A stretch of DNA of 64,000 nt from Acidobacteriota bacterium (GCA_965217775.1 CBDCJH010000002.1:64001-128000), one strand, 5' to 3'. Numbered from the stretch's first letter, positions 38,256 to 48,261 are shown. The notes: generated from the letters alone by a model not told the origin. Numbers and translations: made by a program.

Positions 38256-38690
38256 ATGCTTCGCACGACACCGGGCGGTGGTTGGGTGCGCGAGGGACGG
38301 GTGTCCCCGATCCTCGCCTGGCTCTGGAATCGACGCTTCAACCCCTCTCATGGCGACCTGGGCCGCTGGGGCGAGTGGATCGCACTGCGGCACCTGCTGG
38401 CCATGGGATGGGACGTGGTGGCCCGGAATTGGAGAGTCCGGCGGGGCGAGGTGGACCTGATCGCCTGGCACGATTCCTGGCTCGTCTTCGTGGAGGTGAA
38501 GACGAGTCTTCTCCCCTCTCCGTTTCTGCCGGAGGAGCGTGTGGACACGGAGAAGCAACGCCGGCTGGAGCGCCTCGCCTACGAGTTCGTCTGGCGCCAC
38601 GAATTGGAGGAATCGCCGGTGCGATTGGACGTTATCGCCGTCGAGACTCGGGACCAGGTTCGTTTCCGGCTCCGGCACTACGTTCTGTAA
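38256..38690 (+). CDS. YraN family (UPF0102) endonuclease-like protein
   Basis: LGRWGE, RNWR..RGEVDLIA, VFVEVKT, RLDVIAV. Start uncertain. Confidence 0.85.
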   Translation: MLRTTPGGGWVREGRVSPILAWLWNRRFNPSHGDLGRWGEWIALRHLLAMGWDVVARNWRVRRGEVDLIAWHDSWLVFVEVKTSLLPSPFLPEERVDTEKQRRLERLAYEFVWRHELEESPVRLDVIAVETRDQVRFRLRHYVL

Positions 38691-38720
38691 GGGGCCCGTC
38701 GTTGAGTCTCCGCTGCCGCG

Positions 38721-38927
38721 ATTCAGGTTCCGCTCGCATCGACGATTCGTGATGCGGACCCCAGCGATTCAGAGGAGCGCTGGTTGACCGTGGGCGAAAC
38801 CCTGTAAGGCCAGTTGTCGGTCGTGTATCAAACTTGGCGAGAGATCGGAAACCGGATAAAAATGAGGATCATTTCAGCGCGATTTGCAACGCTGAACGAA
38901 CGGTGCCTGTACGAGTTGGGAAGATGA
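38721..38927 (+). pseudogene. BrnT-family toxin pseudogene
   Basis: Frame reads PLASTIRDADPSDSEERWLTVGETL*GQLSVVYQTWRE...MRIISARFATLNERCLYE; EERW and RIISAR are BrnT hallmarks. In-frame TAA at 38805; 5' end degraded. Confidence 0.75.
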
Positions 38928-41900
38928 CGCAGGAGTACGATTTTTCTGCCGGCGAGCGTGGTAAGTTCTATCGTCCGAACGCCACGCTGAATCTGCCCCA
39001 ACCCATCCAGAAGTCCGACTGGGCGGATTCCAATAGTCCAATTTGCGCTTTCATTGCGGAGCAGACGAGGAACACTCTCCGGGCATACCGTGAGCAACCG
39101 CATCTCATCACCGAGCATGCCAACCACGAACACGATATCGCTCATGGCGGTTACGCTCATCGACAGCTCTTCGAGCTGGTCCAAAACAGTGCGGATGCGC
39201 TTGCCAACGCACCCTGCGGCAAGAGCATTCTGGTCCGCCTGACGGAAAACTATCTCTACTGCGCCGACGACGGGGACGCGATCAGTCAGGACGGGGTCCG
39301 AGCACTCATGTTCTCCCACATGTCGAGCAAGAGGAACACTAGTGAGATCGGGCGGTTCGGACTCGGCTTCAAATCGGTGCTGGGTGTTACGGATGCCCCC
39401 GAGTTCTACAGTCGCGCCGGCTCCTTTCGGTTTGATCGGGAATATGCGGCCGATTGCATGGCTCCGTTTGCTCCGGAGGGGCGCTTTCCGGTCCTCCGGT
39501 TGCCGGTTCCCATCGAGGTTCGAAAAGCGGCGGAAGGAGACGCTGAACTGGTCGAACTGATGACTTGGGCCACAAACATCGTCCGCCTGCCGCTGAAGCC
39601 GGGTGCAGGGGAGGATCTTGCGCAGCAGGTCCGCGGTTTTCCGCCGGAATTTCTCCTGTTTGTCGACCATGTCCGGTATCTGACCCTTGAAGGCGAGGAA
39701 CGGTCTCGGGATTTCATTCTGGAAAGGTTCAACGGCGAGCTTCGCCTCGATACCAGCGCGGGGTCTTCGCGGTGGAAGTGCTTCCAGATCACACACCAGC
39801 TTTCTGCCGAAGCCCAAGAGGACAGGCGTTCACTCGACGACAGCGGTGACGTGTCCGTCTGGTGGGCGGCGCCGTTGGACCGACTGAACGAACCGGGTTA
39901 TTTCTGGCACTTCTTCCCGACCAAGACGGCAAGTCTTCTGGCCGGGATCCTGAACGCGCCCTGGAAGACCAACGAAGACCGGCAGAACCTGTTGCCGGGT
40001 CCTTACAACGACGAGTTGATCGATGCCGCGGCGAGAATGGTGGCGAGAGGCTTGCCCAATCTGGCCGGCGAGCGGGATCCGGCACGACATCTGGATGCTC
40101 TCCCGCGCCGCTATGAAGCCGGCGACACCGAGCACAGCAACCGCCTTCGCGATCGGTTGTATGAGGAACTGCGCGGCCGGCCCGTGGTCCCCGATCAGGT
40201 CGGAACTCTGCGCAGGATACGGGGCGTTTCCTACGCGCCGTCAGCGCTGACTCAGGATCTGTCGGGGGCGGAATCGCTCCGAGAGTGGGCAGCCGCCAGT
40301 CAGCGTCCAACAGATTGGGTACACCACAGCGCACTCCGTACGAATCGGATCGCCCGGGTCAACCGGCTGTTTTCTCCGGAGCGCCGGAGTTTGACGCAGG
40401 CCCCTCGGTCGTCGATAGGAGAGTGGCTGAACGCCCTGGTCGACGGCTCGGTCGGAGCTGAGGCGATCGAGGCGTCCATGACGGCGCTCCAAGTGGCTGC
40501 GTCGATTCCGCAGGAGCTGAGGCAGGGAGCATACCTTGGCGACATTCTGCCGACGCAGAGCGGGGACTGGTGCTCGCCCGACCCGGATGGCGTGTTCCTG
40601 TCATCGTTCGAAGACGACCCGGATGCTGACGACCTCCTGGTTCATGCGCGGCTCGTGTCTGACGCAGACACTTTGGCCGCTCTGAAGGAACTTGGCCTCA
40701 AGTACGTCTCTGCCGAGAGTCATTTCCAATCCCTGGTCCGGCGGTTGTTCAGGTGGGAACGCGCATCGGTTGTAAATGGGTGGAACGAGTTCTGGGTCAC
40801 TTCGCGTGATGTGGGCACGGAAAGGGCGTACGCGATGATCAAGGCCCGGTGGGATTCGGCATGGCGGATTCAAGTGTGGACGCGGGCTCGCCATTGGCAG
40901 TCCCTGTATTCGGTCCTCCTGCCAGGTGAAATCGTGTCTTCGGCAGGCGCACGCGACAGCGACGTCACGGTCGACACCGACTTCCATCGTGCCGACCTGA
41001 AGTTGCTGGAGAGACTCGGGGTGACGGATGGGCCGAGGCCGAATCGGCAATTGTCGGGCGACCCCGCTTTCGAGTGGTTCTTGTACACCTGTCGCCGGAA
41101 GTTCACGGCTCGGGACCTTCCGAAGAAGCCGCATTGGCGCAGGCTGCAGTTCGACTCGACGGTCGGAAGTGGTCCCATGCAGGTTCTGACCCGGCTTTCC
41201 GATGAAGGCAGAGCACGATATACCGACGCCTTGCTTTCCCTGGAGACCACGTATGGCGGACGGACCCTGCGCCACGAAACTCAGCGCATCTATCCGGAGC
41301 TTCCGTGTCCGAATCCGGCGGTCGCGTTGCTGGCGGAGCATGGCCGTATCCGGTGCGCCGGTGAAATCGTTCCCCTGGCGGATGCGCTCGGTCCTCACCC
41401 CGCCAATCCTGCTGCGCTGAGTGTCCTGCTGTCGCATCCGATGGCGAGCCGAATCAGGAGAGACTTCGATCTTGCCGAGCCCGAGGTGGAACCTGTCGGC
41501 GAGGAGGACGCGGTGCCGCTGACCGACGTGTGGCCCGGTCTGGCGCCGCACCTGAGTGCGCACTCGATGACTTGTTCGCTGATCCGCTGCCTGGAACTGG
41601 TCGCGGACGGCGCCAGCGGTCCCGAATCTGCATTGGTGGACTCCAAAGTCTACCTGGTCAGGACGGATGACGAGGATCGGGAGCTGCGGCTGGTCACGCA
41701 ACGGTTGGGGCTGGATCTGAGTGACACCCAGCTCGAGAACATACGGCGATACGCAGCCCCGGAGGAAGTCGAAAGACAGCACGCGGCGATCCGGCGTCTG
41801 GCATCGGACGCCGAGAGGTTGGCCCAAGCCGTGGGGGCGGATGCCCTTCGTTCCGGTTTGCCCACGTCCCTCCTTCAGGTGCTTGAAGTCGATCGCACAC

Positions 41901-43375
41901 CGCTGACCGGCATGGAGCTGGCGGAAATGGCCATCGCGACGTTTCATACGTCCGCTCTGAAGGCGTACAAGCGGGCTTTGGAACACTTGGACCCGCCGAA
42001 ACGCTGGGCTGGATCACAACGCGCCGTTGACTTCGTCCGATCGCTCGGGTTCTCGGCGGAGTGGGCCGGACAACGGAATTCTCGCCGTCCGCCGTATCTT
42101 GATGTGGAGGGTCCGCACTCACTTCCGGAACTGCATGGTTACCAGCGCACTATCGTGGACCGGGTGCGAGACATGCTCTGCAATGGAGTCGCGGGAAACG
42201 GTGGGCGTCGAGGGATGACCAGTCTGCCTACGGGGTCGGGAAAGACGCGCGTCGCGGTGCAGGCCATTGTCGAAGCCATGCGTGATGGCTTCAATGGCGG
42301 TGTCCTGTGGGTGGCGGACCGCGACGAGCTGTGTGAGCAGGCTGTGGAAGCATGGGGGCAAGTCTGGTCCAGCGTGGGCGCTGAAGGGAAACGCTTGCGC
42401 ATTTCCAGGATGTGGGCTGGCCAGCCGCGGCCGCTGCCGGTCAGCGACCTCCACGTCATTGTCGCGACGATCCAGACGCTCAACGCCAAGTTGTCGAAAC
42501 CGCCCGGTGAATACAGTTTCCTTTCGAATTTCACCCTCGTCGTTTTCGACGAAGCCCACCGATCCATTGCGCCTACCTTCACCTCCGTCATGGAGGAGAT
42601 CGGGCTGACCCGTTGGCAGCGAAGTGAGGAGCCGTTTCTGATTGGCCTTACCGCGACGCCTTACCGGGGGCATGACGAGCGAGAAACGGCAAGGCTGGTG
42701 CGTCGCTACGGTGCCAATCGCCTGGATGCCGGGGCGTTCGCGGGCGATGAACCCGGGGAAGTCGTCCGCGAGCTGCAGGAGATGCGGGTACTGGCGCGCG
42801 CTGACCACAAAATCATCGAAGGCGGCGATTTCTCCTTGAACCGGCAGGAGTTGAAGATATTGCAGGCGATGCCTTATCCCGCCTGGTTGCCCCGTAGCGT
42901 GGAGAATCGCATCGCTCGCGACGTGGATCGAACCAAGCGTATCGTCCACGCGTACGAGAGATTCGTTGGTGATGTCAGCCCGGAGTGGCCCACGCTGGTG
43001 TTCGCCACGTCGGTGGAACACGCTCTGACGGTGGCGGCGCTGTTGAACTCTCAAGGCGTGAGGTCCAGGGCAGTGAGCGCCGCAACGGAGTCCTCCGTCC
43101 GACGAAGGATCGTCGAGGAATACCGGGCGGGAGAGATCCGGGTCTTGGTCAACTATGGCGTCTTCCGCGAAGGATTCGACGCACCCAAGACGCGAGTCAT
43201 CATCGTCGCCCGTCCCGTCTACAGTCCGAACCTCTATTTCCAGATGATCGGGAGAGGTCTGCGAGGACCGAAGAATGGCGGCAACGACCGGTGCCTGATC
43301 GTCAACGTGCGTGACAATATCGAGAATTTCGACCGCGAGCTGGCCTTCTCAGGACTGGACTGGCTTTGGGGATAG
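38924..43375 (+). CDS. BrnA-like N-terminus, sacsin-type GHKL ATPase and SF2 (DEAH/ResIII-like) helicase fusion; putative defence protein
   Basis: MTQEYDFSAGERGKFYRP start; ELVQNSADA, DDG, IGRFGLGFKSV (sacsin/Hsp90-like); LPTGSGKT, DEAH, GLTATP, EGFDAP, QMIGRG helicase motifs. Confidence 0.85.
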   Translation: MTQEYDFSAGERGKFYRPNATLNLPQPIQKSDWADSNSPICAFIAEQTRNTLRAYREQPHLITEHANHEHDIAHGGYAHRQLFELVQNSADALANAPCGKSILVRLTENYLYCADDGDAISQDGVRALMFSHMSSKRNTSEIGRFGLGFKSVLGVTDAPEFYSRAGSFRFDREYAADCMAPFAPEGRFPVLRLPVPIEVRKAAEGDAELVELMTWATNIVRLPLKPGAGEDLAQQVRGFPPEFLLFVDHVRYLTLEGEERSRDFILERFNGELRLDTSAGSSRWKCFQITHQLSAEAQEDRRSLDDSGDVSVWWAAPLDRLNEPGYFWHFFPTKTASLLAGILNAPWKTNEDRQNLLPGPYNDELIDAAARMVARGLPNLAGERDPARHLDALPRRYEAGDTEHSNRLRDRLYEELRGRPVVPDQVGTLRRIRGVSYAPSALTQDLSGAESLREWAAASQRPTDWVHHSALRTNRIARVNRLFSPERRSLTQAPRSSIGEWLNALVDGSVGAEAIEASMTALQVAASIPQELRQGAYLGDILPTQSGDWCSPDPDGVFLSSFEDDPDADDLLVHARLVSDADTLAALKELGLKYVSAESHFQSLVRRLFRWERASVVNGWNEFWVTSRDVGTERAYAMIKARWDSAWRIQVWTRARHWQSLYSVLLPGEIVSSAGARDSDVTVDTDFHRADLKLLERLGVTDGPRPNRQLSGDPAFEWFLYTCRRKFTARDLPKKPHWRRLQFDSTVGSGPMQVLTRLSDEGRARYTDALLSLETTYGGRTLRHETQRIYPELPCPNPAVALLAEHGRIRCAGEIVPLADALGPHPANPAALSVLLSHPMASRIRRDFDLAEPEVEPVGEEDAVPLTDVWPGLAPHLSAHSMTCSLIRCLELVADGASGPESALVDSKVYLVRTDDEDRELRLVTQRLGLDLSDTQLENIRRYAAPEEVERQHAAIRRLASDAERLAQAVGADALRSGLPTSLLQVLEVDRTPLTGMELAEMAIATFHTSALKAYKRALEHLDPPKRWAGSQRAVDFVRSLGFSAEWAGQRNSRRPPYLDVEGPHSLPELHGYQRTIVDRVRDMLCNGVAGNGGRRGMTSLPTGSGKTRVAVQAIVEAMRDGFNGGVLWVADRDELCEQAVEAWGQVWSSVGAEGKRLRISRMWAGQPRPLPVSDLHVIVATIQTLNAKLSKPPGEYSFLSNFTLVVFDEAHRSIAPTFTSVMEEIGLTRWQRSEEPFLIGLTATPYRGHDERETARLVRRYGANRLDAGAFAGDEPGEVVRELQEMRVLARADHKIIEGGDFSLNRQELKILQAMPYPAWLPRSVENRIARDVDRTKRIVHAYERFVGDVSPEWPTLVFATSVEHALTVAALLNSQGVRSRAVSAATESSVRRRIVEEYRAGEIRVLVNYGVFREGFDAPKTRVIIVARPVYSPNLYFQMIGRGLRGPKNGGNDRCLIVNVRDNIENFDRELAFSGLDWLWG

Positions 43376-43452
43376 CCGTGCTGCCACTCAGGGCATGGGG
43401 GCAAGCGGCTACCGGGTCCTCCGAAGATCCGGGGTTTCGGACCGGCGGGAGG

Positions 43453-44790
43453 TCAGAACTTCCGGGTGGCCTTTCGGAAGATCTCCAGACCCTCCTGCAC
43501 GTCCTCTTCCGGCATGTTCAGCGCGGGTCGGAAGCGGATGGACCGCTCGCCGGAGGGCAGGATGAGTAGCCGGTGCCGAAAAAGGCACCGCAGGAACCGG
43601 TCCCGCGTAGGAGTGTCGGGCAGGTCGATGGCGCAAAAGGGGCCTTCGCCCCTGGCGTTGGAGAAGAGGGCAGGTGTCTCCTCGGCCAACTCGTGCAGAC
43701 CTTCCAACAGCACCCGGCCCATCCTGCGGGCGTGCTCCAGGATCCCCTCCTGCTCGTAGATCTCCAGGTAGATCCGGCACCGGACCATGTCGATGAGGCT
43801 TCCGCCCCAGGTCGAATTGATCCGCCCCGGCACCTGGAAGACGTTGTCGGGGACGTCGTCGATGCGGCCGTTGGCCATGATGCCGCAGACCTGGGTCTTC
43901 TTGCCGAAGGCCAGCAGGTCCGGCTCCGCGTAGTGCTCCAGGGCCCACATCTTTCCGGTCCCGCCCAGGCCGGTCTGCACCTCATCGTAGATGAAGAGGA
44001 GGCCGAACTCGTCGCAGATGGACCGGAGAGCTTGGTGGAACTCCCGCCGGAAATGGTTGTCTCCACCCTCCCCCTGGATCGGCTCCAGGATCAGGGAGGC
44101 GACTCGGGCCGAATTTTTCTCAAGCACCTGCCGGATCTGCCGCAGGGCCCGCTCCTCCGATTCCAGCACTGATTTGAGGTTGCCTCCCGTCAGGGGGAAG
44201 CGGCATTTGGGATTCTCGATCCGGGGCCAGTCGAACTTGGGGAAATACCGGGTCTTGTTCCGGTCGAAGGTGTTGGTGAGGGAGAGGGTGTAGCCGAGCC
44301 GTCCGTGGAAGGCCTCCCTGAAATGGATCACCTGGAGGTTCTTTTCTTCCGGGAGACCTTGGGTGCGATTCTTCCGGACCTTCCAGTCGAAAGCCACCTT
44401 GAGGGCGTTCTCCACCGCCGGGGCGCCGCCTTCCACGAAGAAGAGGTGCTTCATGGAATCGGGCAGCGCGAGGCGGCAGAAAGTGTCCACGAAGGCCCCC
44501 ATCTCGGGGGTGTACAGGTCGGAGTTGGACGGCTTGTGGAGGGCCGCCTCTCCCATTTCTTCCACCACTTCCGGGCGCGTCATGCGCGGGTGGTTGTAGC
44601 CGATGGGCGAGGTGGCGTAAAAGGCCATGAAATCGAGAAAAAACCGGTTGGTCTGGAACTCGCAGAGGCGGGACCCGCGGCTCCGGGACAGGTCGGCGAC
44701 GATCTCCACCCCGGAAGCGGGCAGATAGCGGGAGAGTATGCCGGCCGTCTCGCCGGCGTCGAGGTTTACAGTCCGTGGCGAAAGTCTCAT
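43453..44790 (-). CDS. lat: L-lysine 6-transaminase (class III PLP aminotransferase)
   Basis: KPSNSDLY, AVENALKVAFDWK, FHGR.GYTLSLTNT, EPIQGEGGD, DEVQTG, FGKKTQVCG, RINSTWGG. Confidence 0.85.
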   Translation of the reverse strand: MRLSPRTVNLDAGETAGILSRYLPASGVEIVADLSRSRGSRLCEFQTNRFFLDFMAFYATSPIGYNHPRMTRPEVVEEMGEAALHKPSNSDLYTPEMGAFVDTFCRLALPDSMKHLFFVEGGAPAVENALKVAFDWKVRKNRTQGLPEEKNLQVIHFREAFHGRLGYTLSLTNTFDRNKTRYFPKFDWPRIENPKCRFPLTGGNLKSVLESEERALRQIRQVLEKNSARVASLILEPIQGEGGDNHFRREFHQALRSICDEFGLLFIYDEVQTGLGGTGKMWALEHYAEPDLLAFGKKTQVCGIMANGRIDDVPDNVFQVPGRINSTWGGSLIDMVRCRIYLEIYEQEGILEHARRMGRVLLEGLHELAEETPALFSNARGEGPFCAIDLPDTPTRDRFLRCLFRHRLLILPSGERSIRFRPALNMPEEDVQEGLEIFRKATRKF

Positions 44791-44927
44791 GCAGCACCGA
44801 GACCGTTCCTGCGCCCGCCGGACAAGGCGCGATGAGGGAGCATACCGGGAGTATGTGACCGAGTCGCAACGCAGTCCGCCGGGATGCAGGGACGGTCGAA
44901 TGCCATGACGACTTTCACCACGGGCTG
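44769..44927 (+). mobile_element. ~159-bp MITE, copy 1
   Basis: TIRs CAGTCCGTGGCGAAAGTC...GACTTTCACCACGGGCTG; near-identical inverted copy at 48040-48197. Confidence 0.85.
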
Positions 44928-44928
44928 T

Positions 44929-46326
44929 TCAGGTCGCCCGTTTCCACCTTGTTCCCTCTCGGGTGTCCTCCAGGACGATCCCTTTTTCGGACAAGAGGCT
45001 GCGGATCCGGTCGGCCCGGGAGTAATTCCGCGTTTGGCGAGCCTTCGTCCTTTCCTGGATGAGCCGGGCGATCTCGTCGTCCTCCAACTCGAGGGCCTCC
45101 AGTTGGAAGGTCTCGAAGATCCGGTTCACCTTGGAAAAGAAACTCAGGATGGCGTCGCGGTCGGGACCGCCGACCCGTTTTTCCTGCAGGAGCAGGTTGC
45201 CCTTCCGGACCAGATCGAAGATGGAAGCCAGGGCGGCTGACGTATTCAGGTCGTCGTCCAGACTGGACTCGAAGTTGCGGCCGGCGTTGACGGCCGCATC
45301 CGTCAGCTCCCGGTTTTCTTCCCGGTCGTCCGGGACCTCCCGGAGGCGCTGTATGAAGTCGTTGGCCCGCTGCAAGGCCGACTGAGCCTGGGTCATTCCC
45401 TGGAGGCTGAAGTTGAGTTGCTTCCGGTAGTGGACGCTCAACAACAGGTAGCGGACCGCCAGCGGGTCCCAACCCTGCTCCAACAGATCTCGCAGGGTGT
45501 AGAAGTTGCCCCGGGACTTGGACATCTTCTCTCCCTCCACCACCAGATGGGCGCTGTGGACCCAGTGGCGGACGAAGGGTCTGCCGGTGGCGCCCTCGCT
45601 CTGGGCGATCTCGTTCTCGTGGTGGGGAAAGACCAGGTCGACTCCCCCGGCATGCAGGTCGAAGGATTCTCCCAGGTACTCCATGCTCATGGCCGAACAC
45701 TCGATGTGCCAGCCGGGGCGGCCCGGGCCCAGTGCCGTTTCCCAATAGGCTTCATCCGGCTTTCTCGCCTTCCAGAGCACGAAGTCCCGGGGATTGTCCT
45801 TGCTGTATTCGTCGGCGTCGGTGGCATCTCCCCGTTCCGCTTCATTCAGGTCGAGGCGCGAAAGCCTGCCGTAGCCGGGAAGCCGGTCGATACGGTAGTA
45901 GATCGACCCGTCCTGCTCGTAGGTCAGACCCTTCCGGCGCAGCCGCAGGATCAGATCCACCATCTGCGAAATATGTTGGGTCGCCCGGGGCATGATCTCC
46001 GGCCGCTGGAGGCGCAAGGCTTTCATATCGTCCAGAAAGGCCTGGGTGTAACGGCTGGTGTACTCCTGAATGGGTTCGCCCCTGGCCCCGGCGCCGTTGA
46101 TGATCTTGTCGTCCACGTCCGTGATGTTCATGACGTGGGTGAGTCCGAAGCCCTTGTAGAGCAGGTAGCGGCGGAGCAGGTCCTGGAAGGTGAAGGTCCT
46201 GAAGTTCCCGATGTGAACGAAGTCGTAGACCGTGGGTCCGCAAGCGTAGAATCGCAGGTCCCGGCCCTCGATGGGGACGACCTCCTCGGTGGCCCGGGTC
46301 AGCGTGTTGTAGAGACGTAGCGACAT
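44929..46326 (-). CDS. cysS: Cysteine--tRNA ligase
   Basis: CGPTVY, HIGN, DFVLWK, GRPGWHIECSAM, FPHHENE, KMSKS. Confidence 0.97.
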   Translation of the reverse strand: MSLRLYNTLTRATEEVVPIEGRDLRFYACGPTVYDFVHIGNFRTFTFQDLLRRYLLYKGFGLTHVMNITDVDDKIINGAGARGEPIQEYTSRYTQAFLDDMKALRLQRPEIMPRATQHISQMVDLILRLRRKGLTYEQDGSIYYRIDRLPGYGRLSRLDLNEAERGDATDADEYSKDNPRDFVLWKARKPDEAYWETALGPGRPGWHIECSAMSMEYLGESFDLHAGGVDLVFPHHENEIAQSEGATGRPFVRHWVHSAHLVVEGEKMSKSRGNFYTLRDLLEQGWDPLAVRYLLLSVHYRKQLNFSLQGMTQAQSALQRANDFIQRLREVPDDREENRELTDAAVNAGRNFESSLDDDLNTSAALASIFDLVRKGNLLLQEKRVGGPDRDAILSFFSKVNRIFETFQLEALELEDDEIARLIQERTKARQTRNYSRADRIRSLLSEKGIVLEDTREGTRWKRAT

Positions 46327-46378
46327 GGAAAAATTGCAGCGAGATCTTAGTCGAAGACCGGGACTGAGGCAACGAGGC

Positions 46379-48004
46379 TCAGAGTTCGCCCTCCGTTGCC
46401 GGGGAGACGGGTGCTTCCCGGACCAGGGACTCCCGCGGCAGCCGGACCAGGCGCAGATTTCCCTCTTCCAGAAGCGATTGGGATCCCTGAAGGGCCGCCA
46501 GTTCCGTCCATCCCGACTCCTTGGTGAGCAGATAGTAGTGAGGCTGTGGGTTCTGGGACGAATATTCCCGCAAGTGCGCCAGGCTCGGGACCTCCTCCCG
46601 GGTCGCTTGGTAGCCCGTGTAATAGAGCGCGGTGTGATGGAAATAGCGGTAGAGGACCAGCGGCCGGTCCTCGCTGATCAAGGGCTGGGACGCCCTGGCC
46701 AGACCCCGGGCCGAATGGTAGTGCTCCACCACGGGTCCCAGGAACGAGAAGGCGGCCGCCGTCGCCAGCACCATTCCGCCGACCAGCGAGAGGAAGGCCC
46801 GCTCCGGCCGGCCGGAGCGTGATTCGCGAGCTCCCCAGAGGGCGGCCCCGGCCAGAGGCAACGCCACCCAGAGGCCCGAGTCGGAGGAGTAGATAGTCCG
46901 GCTCATATAGACGATGGTTCCCGCCATCAGGAGCGCCATTCCCCGCAGCACCAGCCATTGGATCCGGAGCGATCTTCTCGCCGCCGTCTCACTGGCCAGG
47001 TCCCTGTCCCACTCCAGGGCCACGAGCAGGGCCAGCGCCGGCGCGACCGGCAGGACGTAGCCGGGAAGCTTGCTCTCGCTGAGGGAGAAGAGGAGGACGG
47101 GCAGCGCCGCCCAGATCCAGAGGAAGAATTGGCCGCGGTTCAGGCCGGTCTCGCCCCGCGCGCGCCAGAGGCGGGCGCAGGAACCGGCGAGAAAGGGCGT
47201 CCAGGGGAAGAATCCCACCGCCAGGACCGCCAGGTAGTACCAGAACGGCTGGGAATGGTGGTGGAGATCCGACATGACACGGGCCAGATGGTGATTGAGC
47301 CAGAAGGTCACGAAGAAGGAGTAGCCGTTCTCGACCCAGACGCTCCAGTACCAGGGAATGGACGTCGCCAGGAACGCCGCCGTCCCCGCCAGCAGGTGTC
47401 TCCAGTGCCATTCGAGCTTCTCGATCCAGAGGAAGTAGACCGTGAAGATTCCGCCGAACAGGATCAGGGCTACGGGTCCCTTGGCCAGTGCCGCTGCTCC
47501 CAGGGCGGCGCCAGAGAGCAGTGACCAGACGGGGTTGCGGCTGGTGGTGGCCCGGTAACCGCAGACCAGGGCCACGGTGAGACCGGCGGCAAGGGGCATG
47601 TCGGTGCTTCCCGCCCGGGCGAAGATGAAGAACAGGGTGGAGGTCGACAGGATGAGAATGGACAGGACGCCCGCGCGGAAACCGGCCAAGTGCCGGGCGA
47701 GTCCTCCGACGGCAAGGACGCAGAGAATGCCCAGCAAGGCCACCGGCAGGCGAGCCGCAGTCTCGTTCACTCCGAAGACGCGGAAGCTGAGGGCCTGAAC
47801 CCAGAAGAGAAGCGGCGGCTTCTCCAGCCAGGGGAACCCTTCCAGTCTGGGCGTGACATAGTCGCCGGCCAGGAGCATCTCTTCGGAGATGCGCGCGTAG
47901 CGGGGCTCGTCGGCGCCCATGAAGGGAAGATCGCCTAGTTGGAAGAAAATCGTCAGGTAGACGGCCAGCAGGACGAAGACGATGAGATGGCGTTGGCGTC
48001 CCAC
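46379..48004 (-). CDS. ArnT-family (GT39/GT83) membrane glycosyltransferase
   Basis: DEPRYA, EKPPL, AARLP, LAKGP, PFWYYL, SKLPGY; polytopic membrane protein. Confidence 0.88.
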   Translation of the reverse strand: MGRQRHLIVFVLLAVYLTIFFQLGDLPFMGADEPRYARISEEMLLAGDYVTPRLEGFPWLEKPPLLFWVQALSFRVFGVNETAARLPVALLGILCVLAVGGLARHLAGFRAGVLSILILSTSTLFFIFARAGSTDMPLAAGLTVALVCGYRATTSRNPVWSLLSGAALGAAALAKGPVALILFGGIFTVYFLWIEKLEWHWRHLLAGTAAFLATSIPWYWSVWVENGYSFFVTFWLNHHLARVMSDLHHHSQPFWYYLAVLAVGFFPWTPFLAGSCARLWRARGETGLNRGQFFLWIWAALPVLLFSLSESKLPGYVLPVAPALALLVALEWDRDLASETAARRSLRIQWLVLRGMALLMAGTIVYMSRTIYSSDSGLWVALPLAGAALWGARESRSGRPERAFLSLVGGMVLATAAAFSFLGPVVEHYHSARGLARASQPLISEDRPLVLYRYFHHTALYYTGYQATREEVPSLAHLREYSSQNPQPHYYLLTKESGWTELAALQGSQSLLEEGNLRLVRLPRESLVREAPVSPATEGEL

Positions 48005-48039
48005 GGTGGCATTCTAACCCGCATTGCACACGGGTATAT

Positions 48040-48197
48040 CAGCCCGTGGCAAAAGTCGTCACGGCATTCGACCATCCCTGCATCCCGGCGGACTGCGTTG
48101 CGACTCGGTCACATACTCCCGGGTATGCTCCCTCATCGCGCCTTGTCCGGCGGGCGCAGGAACGGTCTCGGTGCTCGCGGGACTTTCACCACGGGCT
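48040..48197 (-). mobile_element. ~158-bp MITE, copy 2 (inverted)
   Basis: CAGCCCGTGGCAAAAGTC...GACTTTCACCACGGGCTG; matches 44769-44927. Confidence 0.85.
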
Positions 48198-48226
48198 GAT
48201 CCGGCGGCTCGGCGTCGGAACCCGCG

Positions 48227-48261
48227 GAAAAAAGAAAAGGGGTCCGGTCGGACCCCTTTTC
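48227..48261 (-). terminator. Intrinsic terminator of groSL
   Basis: GAAAAGGGGTCCG-GT-CGGACCCCTTTTC hairpin followed by a U-tract on the minus strand. Confidence 0.8.

Noticed and set aside
38834-38923. TTG 38834 as the start of the helicase gene
   Set aside because: This stretch encodes the BrnT C-terminus in another frame; ATG 38924 has the ATGA coupling and a recognisable antitoxin start.
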